Assembly: GCA_001643675.2 (NCBI GenBank)
Contig: LSRY02000001.1
Span: forward strand, 2,170,001 to 2,234,000
DNA length: 64,000 nt
Direction of reading: 5' to 3'
From: Monocercomonoides exilis PA203
Lineage: Eukaryota > Protista > Preaxostyla
The translations under genes and the position numbers were made by a program. The notes under the pieces were generated by a model. That model made no database searches. It had not been told where the DNA came from and was given only the letters and a program-made list of their open reading frames with translations. Below, in pieces: positions 50,982-64,000 of the stretch; within the stretch, counting starts at the first letter, position 1; each line of letters opens with the position of its first letter.

Positions 50982-51617
50982 CATTTTGAAGATTATCTTA
51001 AAAAATAATATGATGTTTTTTTTATAACAGAATTTCTCATTCGTTTTATTTCTTTTTGAAGAAAAATTTGATCAGATTTTCAAATAAGACAAGATTAAGT
51101 GACTTTGAAATTTCAGTTTCATAATTTGAAAAATTGAATATAACATCAAGAAAATAACCATTTGTTCATTTAAGTATAACTCCAAGTTATGAAATTTCAT
51201 AAAAATTTCCTTTTGAATTTTATTTGTCCAAAGAAGAATTAGAATATTATGAGAAAGACAAAGAAATGTGAGATGATAATGAGGATGATGAAGATGAATT
51301 GAAAAAAGATGAAAAAAAAAATAAATCGAATTCATTCACACACAAATGAACATTCAACATGGCCTTTCATTTTCATGTTCAACTTAAAAAAAGAACATTT
51401 TTTTGTATTTTTATTAAAAAGAAGGAATAAAAGAAAGTGATGATAAATTTCTGAAATAAAAAACTTCAATAAAAATCTTTAATTTACCTGCTTATCATAC
51501 TCTTATCCTTAATTCTCTTCCTCTCCTCTTCCTTTTTTTTTTCCCTCTTCTCTTCCTCCTCTTTGTCCTTCTCATCTTCTCTTCTCTTCTTCTCCCTCTC
51601 CTTCCCCTTCCTTTTTC

Positions 51618-54600
51618 TCACTGCGCCGTAAACGGATCCGCCTCTGTATCTTCGTCCGGCGTGTGTCTAAACAAAAATTCTGCCAAATAATCAATCGGAT
51701 CATCCGGCCGTGCCAATGCTACTTCCATCAAACCCCTCGTCAACGTCGGCATCACATTCTCCTTCATAAACGTATGCAGCGCTTTTGATCTGTCTGCAAG
51801 CATTTTCGCTTCCTGTTTCTTGATCTCCGCCAGCTGCTGCAAAGATTTCTGTGCGCGGTTGTATTGTCCTGCTTTAACAAGCGCCTCTTCGCTAAGTTTT
51901 TGAGCGATTTGGCGAGCTTTTGTGAGGCGTTCGATTTCGTCTTCGGCGGATTTCTGGACGTTGAGGGAGGATAAGGAAGGGCCGTAGTTGTGGGGCGGGC
52001 CGAGGAAACTGGAATAAAGTTAATAAATAAATAAATAAAAGGAAAATAAAATAAAATGAAAAAATTAAATAAAAAATAACCAAATTTCACCCCACATACT
52101 TCTTAATCTCTGTCCAATCTCCTTCATCCCCTTCATCCCCCGTTCCTTCGCTCATCATTTCCGCCTCAATTGTCATCTGCCTCGTCCCCCCTTTCCCTTC
52201 TTTCCCCCTCTTCAGCATCCACACGATGTCATTATCCGCATTGTTTGTCTCATGATACGCTTTCAGCCTTCTTTCGATCCCTTCCTCTGTGTTATGCGTT
52301 CCCCTCACCGCTTCTTCGCTCAGCTTTGCCAGCCTTTCTTTCACAAATTCGTCGCTGGCCGAGAGAAAAATCGTAAAATCGGGGAAAATGGAGCGATAAA
52401 CTAAAGGCGGAGGCGCAGATAAGGGGGATGTGGTGGTGGAGACTGAGGAATCAGAAGAAGAGGAAGAAGAAGAAGAAGATGATGATGATGATGAAGCAAT
52501 TGCAGCAGCAGCGATATCGCCAGCTGTAGGCATCATGTCATCGATGTCTTCTTCCTCGTCTTCAAACCCTTCTTCCTCGTCTTCGTCATATTCGTCCCTC
52601 ATCTCTTCTCCTTCTCCTAACCCTCCTTCATACCCTTCCCCATTTTCTCCTTCTTTTCCTTCCTCTCCTTCTCCTTCTCCTTCTCCTTTTCTTTCTCCTC
52701 CTTCTAAATTCTTCTTCTTCTCCTCCGCAATCATCTTCCATTTTGCCCTTTCTTTCTCTCTCTCCTTCATCCTCAACCTTTCTTTTCTTCTTTCTTTCAT
52801 CTCGTCCTTTTCGTATTTTTCACATTGCGCTAAATTCATTCCATTGTCCAAATTCTTCCTCGCTTTCTTTTCTTCTTCTCCTTCCTCTTCCTCTTCATCC
52901 GGCTCCAAAACTTCCCCCAAATCTTCATCTTCCACCTCTTCTCCTTCTCCTCCTTCCTCCTCTTCCTCTTCCTCTCCTTCTCCTTCCCCCTCTCCTTCTT
53001 CTCTCCCTTCCCCTGCTTCTTCTTTCTCCTTCTCCTTCCTCTCCGCCTCCTCCCCTTCCCTCACCATTCTTTCAATCTCCTCCAATTCCTCATCTTCTTC
53101 CCTTTCATCCCAAATCTCCGGTTTGATCCCTCCTCCTTCCCCTCCTCCTCCTTCACTGATTTCCGCCTCCGCTCTCCTCTCCGCCTCTGCAACCCGATCC
53201 GTCCACAGCTCCTTCGCATCGGCCAAGCAGCGTGGATAACCTTCTAATACAAACCCTCTGCTTCTGCATTCTTGTCTAATCAGATATTCCCTCATCATTT
53301 TGTTCACTAATCCATCGGATAACCTGCCTGTGGGGCTGAGGAGAAGGGCTGTGCGCACGGCATCTTGGAGGGAGGAGGTGATGCTGGGCTTGAGAGAGGA
53401 GGAGGAAGAAGAAGAGGAGGAATCGTCAGGGGTGGAAGAAGAAGAAGAAGAAGAAGAGGGAGGTGGTGAAGGTGAGGGCTGGATTTATTTATTTATTTAT
53501 TTATTTTTTTGATGCATTATGAAAATGTTTGTTTGGATAGATGTTAACATGAAAGAAGGATTTTACAAACCAAAATAAAAAATAATATTGAAAAAAATAA
53601 AGAAAAATAAAATAAAACACAAAAATGTATTCAAAAAAAATAAATAAATAAACAATCATTTTATCACACCTTATTCTTGTAATACTCCAGCACCTTCACA
53701 ATATTCACATGCTCAATATCGTAGTGCTTGCTTATTCTTTCTGCCAGCACGGTTTTTCCCGACCCCGGCGGCCCGTGCACAAATATGCGAAGCGGCTGCA
53801 GATTTCGCTTTCTTTTGAACTCCCTCACGACTTTTGCCATCCCCCTCACGAAATCTGAACAATGAAATTTCAGTTTTTTCTTCCACTCAGGAAGAACTGT
53901 GCTTTCCATTGGGACATCTGCTAGAAGACAGCGCACAAGCATGCCTGTGGGTGGGATGGTGGGGTCTTCTTGAGAAGAAGAAGAAGAGGAAGATTGAGAA
54001 ATATTTCCTCCTAAAAGAAGTGTTTCGTCTTCACTCACGACTTTCACTTTGTTCGTCCCCATCACTTTTGCCAGTGCTTGTCCGATCTCCAGCTGCGTGT
54101 GCTTTCCTTTGTCGACACACAGAATCAGATTCTTCTTGTTTGGTTCTTCAACAACGCGCCGAACGATCTCTGCCATGTCAAATACATGAATGGTGGGCAC
54201 ATAATTGTTTCCGTTCTCCCCAAACAGCGGAAGACACTCGGGTTTTCCGTCCCATGCCATTTTGAACCACGCGTGAAACACATCTTCTCCGTCTCCGTAA
54301 AGAATACCTGGGTTCAGTACGACAGTGTGGAGTCGTCCATGTTGTGCACCATCCAATCGAAGAAGCATTTTTTCGAATGTGAGATGTTCAACATATTGTG
54401 GGTGAGCTTGACGTTTTCGCTTATCATTTTCATTAAATGGTATGGGCTTTGGAGGCGGTTTTTGCTTTGGTTCTGCACCTTCTTCTTCATTTTCCTCAGC
54501 TTCTTCAGATTCTTCAGGGGGTTGATAACTTTTGGGGGTCATTGCCCATGTCAAAAACGAGGATATGCAAATAAATTTCTTGTCATCATAAAATGTTGCA

Positions 54601-54931
54601 GCTGAAAGTGTGTCTAAAGCAATGTTTGCGTCTCTCAAGCATTGTTCAATATCAAATACCAAAATATCGCAAGTTAATAAAACTTCTTTGAATTCTTCGA
54701 GATTGTCGGACTTTAAAAAAATAAAAGAAAAAACTTAGTATGATTTTTACAAATTTCTGAAGAATTACATACGCTAATAAACTGTGAAATGCGTTCGAAA
54801 TGATCATCTGGCTTTGGTGAATGGTGTCGCGTTGCAACAAATTCATGTTTGCCTTCTTTGTCCTTTTCACAAAATGCTTCGTACACATGATTTTGTAAAA
54901 ATGTGTCCACAGAAGAAAGAAAGATTTTCAT
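51618..54931 (-). CDS. AK7: Adenylate kinase 7 (ciliary; epimerase-like N-domain, AK domain, Dpy-30 motif), 4 exons
   Basis: Motifs ISSFLTWA, GILYGDGE, NYVPTIHVFD, P-loop HGPPGSGKT, GFVLEGYP, GTHN, GPPHNYG and C-terminal VMPTLTRGLMEV...PDDPIDYLAEFLF. In-frame introns at 54711-54772, 53479-53669 and 52009-52099. Confidence 0.92.
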
Positions 54932-55021
54932 TTAAAATATTCTTCAACTGAAAAGGACAAATGAGAACAAAGATCACATTCGATCGAACCACCACAAAAT
55001 TTCTCCTGTTTGAACTTTTTC

Positions 55022-56234
55022 ATGGCTCATCAGTTTACGCAGCTTGATAGAGATGACGCCATCCTAAAAGAAATACACGATTTAGAAGAGCATCACAAAC
55101 AACTGGTTTGAATTTTTTGGAATTGATTTTTATATTTTCATATTTCAAAAATGTGCAAATTTTCTGATTTGCAAAACGTTATGACACATAAAAAAATGAA
55201 GGATGAACATATCGAAGAATACACGCAATTTTTGCAACAGTCGTTACGCATTTTGTATCAAGAACAGCAACTGATGACACAATCATTCAAGTTTGTTATT
55301 ATCTGTTTTTTGAAAAAGAATGTTAATTTTCTTCTAATTTTTTTTAGGGATAGCATGGAAGAATCTTCAAAAACAATGACAGATTTGGAAAGCAAACTTT
55401 CTCATGCGCGCCTTGTCCATCAAGCTTTTAATGATGAAAGTTCACGAATTTTGGACCTTCATCATATCGAGGTGGAAAAAGAAAGGTACATTTTTTTTAA
55501 TAAAATTTTTTTATTAAATTTTATTATTTCTTTTCACTTTTTCTCGTATTTTTGAAGAGAATTACTTAAAGAAAGAGAAGAGAAGAAAACAAGACTAGAA
55601 TCACAAATTTCATCATTATCAAATGTATGCATTTAAGCTCAACATCAATACCAAGCTTTTATTATTTATTATTTATTATTATTATTTTTATTTTTGAAAA
55701 GTCAACTGAAGAATCAATTAGAGCTGAAGCAGAGAAAAGAATCCAGCCGTTTAGCTTGAAACTAAAAAGAGCATCAGAACGAAGAATTCTGATGGAAGCC
55801 AAAGCCAAAGCAGAAGAGGAAGAATATGCAGTTGCAATAGCCACTCATAAGCGCGAAAGGCAAAGAGCCGAAGAATCGTTTGAAAGAACTTAACAAATAT
55901 TTTTTTATGAATATTTTTTTTTATTTTCAACGACTTCATTGATTTTAATATACTTTGCAGATTTTTACGAGCAAGCGATGCCTGGAATGAAGATATAAAG
56001 CAGCTGAGTGAGATGGTTGAAGAGCTTCGAAATCGAGTGAAAGATATGGAAGCGATCGACAGACAAAGGAAGTTTGAAGAAAAACAGAGGAAAGAAGCAG
56101 AGGCAGAGGAAAAACTGAAAGTTGAGATGGAAATTGCAAGGCTTGGGCTGTATGGAAAAGCAGGCAAAAAAATGCTGGAAAAGAAATTGATGGAAGAGAA
56201 GATGAAGAAAAAGAAAAAGAAGAAAAGATGTTAA
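55022..56234 (+). CDS. Multi-exon coiled-coil protein with polybasic C-terminus
   Basis: ATG at 55022 (MAHQFTQLDRDD...). About five short AT-rich GT-AG introns separate helical, charged exons. Ends KKKKKKKRC. Confidence 0.7.
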
Positions 56235-56730
56235 ATTGTAAACATGCTCAAATTCATTTCATTCACTTCACTACTACATTTTTAAGCACATTTCACATGC
56301 TTTTCTTTTGTTCTATGTTGAATTTATTTATTTTTTTGGAAGAAGTTTATTTTTTCATTTCAAAACTTTTTCTTCAAGCTCAATTATTTTTTCTTTTAAC
56401 GAAAGATATTTAGTGAATAAATTCAATAACAAACGCAAATACGAATTCATAATCATTTTGAAGTCCACTTTTGTTTTTCGCTTCAGGAAAAAAATCCCAC
56501 ATCTCGACACTTCAGATATATTCTATTTTGTTTGAAAACTGAAAGCATGGCTTTTGGAAATCTTTTGAAATGTTAAACAATTGTTTCAATTGTTTCATAT
56601 TAAATTTCAATTCTTTTTTTGCTAAAAAAAAAAATTATCCAATCTTTAGCCCATTTTTATTTCAATCAAATTTTGTTCTGTTTTTTTTTTCGAAAGATTT
56701 CGAGGATTTTGATTATAATAGTTTCAAGAA

Positions 56731-58003
56731 ATGTCCTCATCAAATAAATATAAATTCAATATACATAACTGTATGTTTCAATTTAATTATCATGGAGCAC
56801 CAAGATGTTCTTTGATGCAGAATGGTTTTTTGTGGATTGGAGTTGATGAAAGTCTGTTTGTATATGAATCAGTCCACGGCTCTCTTGTTAAAGAGATAAA
56901 GATGAACAGCATTGTTACGAACCTGTGCTTTAATTCTTTTTCATTTACTATTTGGATTGGATTGTCAAATGGAACTATAAAAACAATTAATGCAAACACG
57001 TTTGAATTTGCGCAAGAAATCAACTTTAAAAGTGGATGCGAAATAAGACAAATGATATGCCCACGCATAATTCCTCCATTTTTTGAAGCAACTGGAGGGA
57101 TTCTTATTTTGGATTCAAATGATATAATTTCTCTTGTGGATGCAGTTTTATTGAATACTTTGCAATCGATAAGTTTTAAAAAGATATCGTCAATGAAACT
57201 TATTTCGCCAGAGATCCTCGAAGTCCGATGTTATGCAGAAAGCATATTATATTTTTCACTATTCGATCTTTCTCTTCCATTTGCTCGAGTAGAACTGCCT
57301 TTAGATATTGAATTTATCTATTCATTTGCAAGTCTCAATTGCACAGAAAAGGGTTTGCCAAGAGGTAAATGCAAAGATGCTTCTATTCAGGCAGAAGTTA
57401 ATAAGTCATATGATTTGACATTTATTGTACAAAAAAGAAAAGGAATATTGGAAATTTGGAAGAAAGAACAACCATTAACTCCACCTTCTCTATCAAAATC
57501 AAAGAAAAAGATTCAATTGCCAATGCTCAAAATTCGTGACACACACTTTAGATTCATTGAGCAAATTCTGGACATTAATGTTAGGAAAATAATAATGGAT
57601 CATAAAAACGATGTTTTGTTTGAAGAAATGAAGGAAATACCAACATTTCCTCGCGTTCTCTGCGGAGTAGCCAAAAGCCATGTCATTTTTCTGAGAGAGA
57701 GAGATTTTTCCGTTTTGTTCAGTTTTGACATGAAAAAGGAAACTTCTCCATGTCAAAATTCTTCGTTGGTTAATACGCAACCTCAAATCAGTAGTTCTTC
57801 TGGTGTTTCGAATGAAACAAGAAAATCACTCACTTCATCATCATTTATTTCATCATCATTATCTTCTTCTTCTCCTTCTTCTCCTTCTTCCCCGCCTTCA
57901 TCATCAACACCTTTAACTTCTTCTTCATCAAATTCTTCTTCCTCTTCCTCTTCCTCTTCCTCTTCCCTCTCCTCTTCCTCTTCCTCCTCTTCCCCCTTTT
58001 CTC

Positions 58004-58034
<31 letters not shown>

Positions 58035-61000
58035 CCCCTCTTCCCCCTCTCCCCCCTCTTCCCCCTCTTCTTCTTCTTCACTTCAGCACTCAATATCAAT
58101 ATCACCATCTCCATTTCATTCACTTATTTGCACTGAAAATTCTTTCGTAGCAATCTTCTCAAAAAATGGCATATGCAATTTATTTGCCTTTTTTCCGAAA
58201 GAAATGATGAAGAATTCTTCAAATTCTTCCTTCTCCTCCTCCTCTTCTTATTCATCTTCCTCTTCTTCCTCTTCCTCTCCTTCTTTTTCTCTTTCTTTTT
58301 CTCCTTCTTCTCCAATGAAAAAGACAGAAATATCACAAATTTCACAAACTTTACGTTCTCCTTTCAAAAAAAGAGAAAATTTCCAATTGAAACAACCTTT
58401 TTCTTCCTCTTCCTCTTCTTCTTCTCTTTCTTCTCCTTCCTCTTCTTCTTCTTCTTCCTCTTCCTCTTCTTCATATCCTTCTTCTTCTTCTCCTGATAAC
58501 TTGTTCAATTCTTGTCTCTCTTCAGCCACTCAAAAATTAGAAAAAACGAAGACGAAACAAGAAAATGAGCAAATTTCATCAGAAAACAATGAAAAAATGG
58601 AAAAAATTTCTTCCTCTTCTTTTTCCTCTTCTTCTTTTCCTTCTTTCTCTTCTCCTTCTTCTTCTTGTTCTTCATTATCATCTCTTTCTTCTCAAAAGTT
58701 CTTAACTTCTTCTTCTTCTTCTCTTTCTTCTTCTCGTAAATGTTCTCTGAATAATCCAGCTTTAATGTTATGGTCAATTCAATCAGAAGAAGAAGAAAGA
58801 AGAAGAAGAAGAAAAAGAGAAAATGAAGAAAATGAAGAAGAAGAAGAAGAAAGAGGAGGAAGAGGAGGAGAAGAAAGAGAAAAAGAAAGAGGAGGAAGAG
58901 AAAATGGAATGAAAACAAACATGTTTTTGAACAAAAACTATCAAAAAAATGAATTTTCTTCTGTCTTAAGCTCAAATTCTTCAGTTTCTGATAATAATTT
59001 GCCTTCTTTTTCACCTTCTTCTTCTCTTTCTGCTTTTCCTTCTTCTTCTTCTTCTTCTTCATTTTCTCCATTTTCCCCTTCTTCTTCTTCCTCTTCTTCT
59101 TCTAATTCTTCTTCTCATTTTCCGCTTTCATCATCATCATCTTCTTCTTCTTCTTTCTCTTCTTCTTCCTCCTCTTCCTCCTCTTCTTTTCCTTTATCTT
59201 CTTCCTCTTCCTCTTCCTCTTCTCCTTCTTCTCTCATCATTCTCCCTTCTCCTTCTTCTGCCTCAGAAGAAAGCGTTTCCTCGTTCGGCTTCAAAAGCTG
59301 GCTGAAAACTCGAACTTCTTCCGAATTTGCGAAGAAAATTGAAAATGACATGGAAAAATGGAGAAGAAATGGAGAAAAAATGGAGAAAAATGGAAAAAAT
59401 GGAAAAATTGAGGTTAATTCTTCATTTTCTCCTTCTCTTTCTTCTCCTTCTCATTCTTCGTTTTCTTTTTCTTTTTCTTCTTCTTCATCATCCTCTTCCT
59501 CCTCCTCTTATTCTTCTCAGCTTTTCTCTCTTTTGGCTGAATTTGAGAGGGAAAAAAGCGAAAGAAGGAGAAAAAAAGAGGAAGAAGTTCGTCTGATGGA
59601 AGAAAATGGAATTAAAATTGGATCTTTTGAAGCAGAAAACAAAGAAAATGAAGAGAAAAATGAAGAAAATAAAGAGAAATTTAAAGAAAATGATGAAAAA
59701 ATTGAAGAAAATGACGATTTTTATGATAAATGCATTGAAAATGAAAGGAAAAAAGAGGAAAAAGAGGAAAAAGAGGAAAAGGAAGAAGAAGAAGAAAGAA
59801 GAGAAGGAAGAGAAGAAAAAGAAGAAGAAAATTATCAAAAAAATTTCAACATTTTTTTATCACCAAAAAATGAATTTTTTTCATCAATTCGAACTTTTTC
59901 ACCTTCAAAAAGAGAAAAAGAAGGGAAAGAAGGGAAAGAAAGAAGAGGAGAAGAAGAGGGAAAAGAGGAAATGAATGGAAAACACAACAATTTCAAAGAA
60001 GAAGAAGAAGAAGAAGAAGAAGAAAATGAAAAATTTGATAGTTTAGACGGAGAAGAATATGATCAGCAACGTGAAAGTTCAGCAAAAGTTCGATTTTTAA
60101 TGAGAAAACTGGAAGAATCAATGGAAAATGAAGGAGAAAATGAGAATGAAAGGAAAGAGGAGGAGGAGGAGGAGAAGAAGAAGAAGAAAGGGAAGGAGAA
60201 GGAGGAGAAAGGGAAGGAGAAGGAGGAGGAAATAAAAGAGAGGGAGAAGGAAGAGAAGGAAGAAGAAGAAGAAGAAGAGGAAGAAGAAGAGAAGGAAGAA
60301 GAAGAAGAAGAAGACGTGAAAGAGGAAAAAGAAGAAGTTGAAAGGGAGAAAGAAGAGAGAGAAGGAAATATAGAAACATTAACAGATGAAGAAAAGGAGA
60401 ACAGTAATAATCAAATAGAGAAAGAAGAACAAAAAGAGCAAAAAAAATCTTTCTCAGAAATGGATGACAAATCAGAAAATGAAAAAAGAAGGAAAAATTT
60501 GAAGGAAGTAAATGAAGAAAATGAAGAAAATGAAGAAGAAGGAAAAGAAAAAGAGGAAAAAAGAAAAGGAAAAGAAGGAGAAGGAGAAGGAGAAGGAGAA
60601 GGAGAAGGAGGAGGAGGAGGAGGAGGAGAAGGAGGAGGAGAAGGAGAAAAAGAAGGAGAAGGAGAAGAAGGAGAGGGAGAGGAGAAAAAAGAAAGCGAAA
60701 AAGAAAGCGAAGAAGAAAATAAACAAAACGAAGACAAAAAGAAAGAAGAAAGAGAAAGAGAAAGAAGAGAAAAAGAGAAGATTAAAAGAATAATGAAAGG
60801 AATTAAAATAAAAGAGAAGGAAGATGAAGAAACAAAAAGCAAAAGAAAGGAAAGAATGAAAATTGTATTGCAGTTGATTGAGAAGAGAAGGAGAGAAAGA
60901 GAAAAGGAAAGAGAAAGAATAAAGAGAGAAAGAGAAAGAGAAGGAGAAGGAGAAAGAATTATTGAGGAGGAGGAGGAAGAAGAAGAAAAAGCAGGATGGA

Positions 61001-63396
61001 AGAAGAAAGAAGAAGAAATGAATGAAAATCTGTTAAATTTTCAGAGTGAAAGAGAAGAGGATAATTTGATAGCAACGAAGGATATAGAAGAAATATTAGC
61101 ATTAGCTTCGAATGGAGAAGATGGAATGGAAATGAAAGGGGAAGAAGAAGAGGAGAAGGAAGAAGAAGAAGAAGAAGAAGGAGAAGATAGAAATAAAAGA
61201 GAGGGAGAAGAGGAGGAGGAAGAAGAATGTGAAGAAGGAGAGAAAAACGAGAAAGATGAAAGACAGGAGGATGAAAATAGAAATGAAGATGAGGAATTGA
61301 AAAAGAGAAAAGAAGCAATAGAATTGAAAGAAGACGATGAAGAAGAAAGAAACGAAAACAAGAAAGAAATGACTGATAAAAGCGAAGATGAGGAAGATTT
61401 GAGGGAGAAAGAAGAGGAGAAAGATGAAGAAGAAAAGGAAGAAGAAGAAGAAAGCATTGAAGAAAATGGACTAATTGAAGAAGATGAAGCACACGAGGAA
61501 AGAAAAATTAAAGAAGAAACAAAAGCAGTAGAAGAAGAGAAAAAAGAAAAAGGAATCAGTAAGGAAGAAGAAGAAGAAGAAGAAAAGAGTTTTGAAATAA
61601 ATTCAATTGAAGAAAATAGAAAGGAGATTGACGATTTGAAATGTGAGGTGAAAGAGGAAGAGGAAGAGGAAGAGGAAGGAAAAGAGGAAGAGAAAAACGA
61701 GGAAGACGAGAAAAATGCTTATGAAGAAAAGGATGAAGAATTTGAGACTCAAGAGAAAGGAAAGAACAAGGAGGAAGACAAGAAAGCAATTGATTTTTAT
61801 GCTGAAGAAGCAAATGTCAGTGAGAATTCAACCAAAATTGATAACAAAGATTCAATCAATTTAAAGAAAGAAAGTTCAAAAAACACAAAAACCACAAAAA
61901 CAACAAAAACTAATGAAAAAATTCAAAAACATTCAGAAGCGGAGCATTCTGCTTCTTCATTCTATTCATCTTTTTACTCTCCAACAAAAAAAGGAGTTCA
62001 AAATAACTCGATAAAATCTCAAGAAGTTTGCAAGGGAAATCAAAAGGGTTCTTTCAGAAGAAGTTTAAATGAAGCTTCTCTTTCAGATTTATCTCCATCT
62101 TCGTCATCTTCATCATCATTGCATTCTTCTGCTTCCCAGTTGGATAACCAAAAAAAGAATTCTTTTCAATTTTCATCGCAATTTGCACAAACACCAAAAA
62201 AAGCATCAAATATTCCATTTAAAGCCAAAGAAGAGCAAAGAAAAGGGGTTAATTCTCCATCTTCACAGAGCAAAACCACAAAATTTTCAGATAATTCTGC
62301 ATGTTCATCTACAGAGAAGCAGCATGCAATTGGGCAAGCTTCAAGTCATTCCTCTCATTCTGATGTGTCTCCTCTTCGTCTCTCTCCAACTGTGCTTGGA
62401 ATGGAGAAAAGATTGCAATTTGAAAAAATAACAGAAGAGCTGGAGAATATCAAGCAGGAGAAGGAGTGTTTGGAGGAAGAAACAGAAAAGCTGATGTTTC
62501 AAAACAGTGCAAATGATTTTTCTGATGAAAAAGAACACAAAAAATTGGATAAAAGTTGTGTGAATGATGGTGATGATGCTTCAAATGAAAATTTATCAAA
62601 ACAAGAAAAAAGCAAGAAAATTGTAAGGAATGTGTATGTGAGAGGAGAAAGAACAGCAAAGCCCCGTTTTTTGTCTACTTCGGCCAGATCTTTTTCTTCT
62701 CCTTTAGCAACACCTCAGAAACTGTCTGCATCAGTTTCTTCTTTATCTTCTTCCTCTTCTTCTTTGTGTTTCCAACTGCAAATGAATCGTTTACCAATGG
62801 ATGCTTCAGAAGATAAAGACAAACATAAGTTATCATCATCATCATCATCATCATCGCCATCCAAGTTAATGAAGCATCATGCAAAACAATTCATGGGGGC
62901 AAAGCAGAAAAGCGAAGGAGAAGAATGCGGAAACCAGATGAAATCAAATAGAAGCCCACCGAAAAGAACAGAACCAACATCTTCAGCATCAATGAGGAGG
63001 ATGATGAACAACAATGCAACTCTTGTGTCAGCAAAAAATTCACAAAATTTCACACAAATATTAAAAGATAAAGCGGATGGTCCATCAACAGCAATAAATG
63101 TGACAAAAAGCGGAAAACATTGTGAGATAATTTCCTGTGAGAATCAAGAAAAAGAAAAAGAGAAAGAGAAAGAAAAAAATGAATCTTTGAAACCCGATAC
63201 AAAAAAAGAGGAAGAACTTGATGTTGTTAGCGATATTGACATCTCTTCAGAAATTAAATATCTCGACTTGAAACTCAGTGAACATGCGTTGTCTATCAAA
63301 TCGCATGAAGAAGAAGCTGAGAAACAAATGAATCTTTTTCAGCAATTGAAATTAAATTTGTGCTTGCAAAAAGAAAAGACTTCGAACACAACATAA
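56731..63396 (+). CDS. 2221-aa protein: possible degenerate beta-propeller N-terminus, poly-Ser and Glu/Lys-rich regions, C-terminal coiled coil
   Basis: Uninterrupted 6.7-kb ORF. LWIGVD and IWIGLSNGTIKTIN resemble WD40-like blades. The rest is mostly low complexity. Confidence 0.75.
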
Positions 63397-64000
63397 CTTT
63401 GATATTTAATTTTGACAAAAATGATTTATTTTTTTTTCAACTTTTTTGAATCTTCTTGTATGATTTGAATTAAAAGTTCGTTATCATTTCCATCCATAAA
63501 AAAAGCAATCAAATATATTTTTATTGTAAAGTCTTTTTGACCATTTTTTAAAAGAAAATATTTGGAGTTTATGAAATAAGCTCTTATGTTAATAAATTCG
63601 CTGTATAATTGTTATTTCTTCAAGTTGAGTGATTTTTCAGACAAAATTTGAAAGAAAAACAAATGATATAATTTAAGATGGCTTTGTCCGATGAAAAATC
63701 ATTTTTCATTTTAATTTTTTCACAATAAAGAAAAATTATTTTATTTGTGGAAATCCAAAAATAATTATATTTTCAATCATAATCTATTTTTGTGAAAAAA
63801 AACGAAGTTGAATATATTGAAAGTGAATTTCTTTTTGTATATTCTTCAATTTCTAAAAAGTGAATTATTTTTCAATATATTAGCTTTTGGTTTGATCAAA
63901 ATAAAGAAAAATGCGTGCTTTTCTTCTCAAATACAAAACAATCATGGTTTTGTTGCTGTAACATAGTGCACATTTGTTTATTGAAAAAACCTATCAAATT

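Noticed and set aside
47587-62884. Many antisense and alternate-frame ORFs (poly-F/S/L/K), including 50688-50989
   Set aside because: By-products of stop-poor simple repeats, mostly overlapping real genes.

Overview
AT-rich, intron-containing eukaryotic (protist) DNA read in the standard genetic code. Poly-Ser/poly-Glu tracts and the expanded lineage-specific gene families suggest an oxymonad such as Monocercomonoides (inference only). The right third (46-64 kb) holds conserved genes: a NEK kinase, AK7, a coiled-coil gene and a giant low-complexity gene. eIF2A lies at 9-11.5 kb. The rest is accessory DNA: beta-helix-like surface-protein genes (one a disrupted receptor pseudokinase), two copies of a helical gene family, decayed pseudogenes and many DNA transposons. 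The transposons are a decayed MULE transposase, three MITE families (two with AWWT target duplications, one copy nested), a Merlin-like MITE carrying telomere-like repeats and a Pol III-like cassette, and a 3.7-kb element with 553-bp inverted repeats around a host gene fragment. The best candidate for a new system is an intronless 730-aa protein with 21 indel-free 30-aa repeats, built on a nearly fixed scaffold with hypervariable positions. Everything here was read by eye and no database searches were run.
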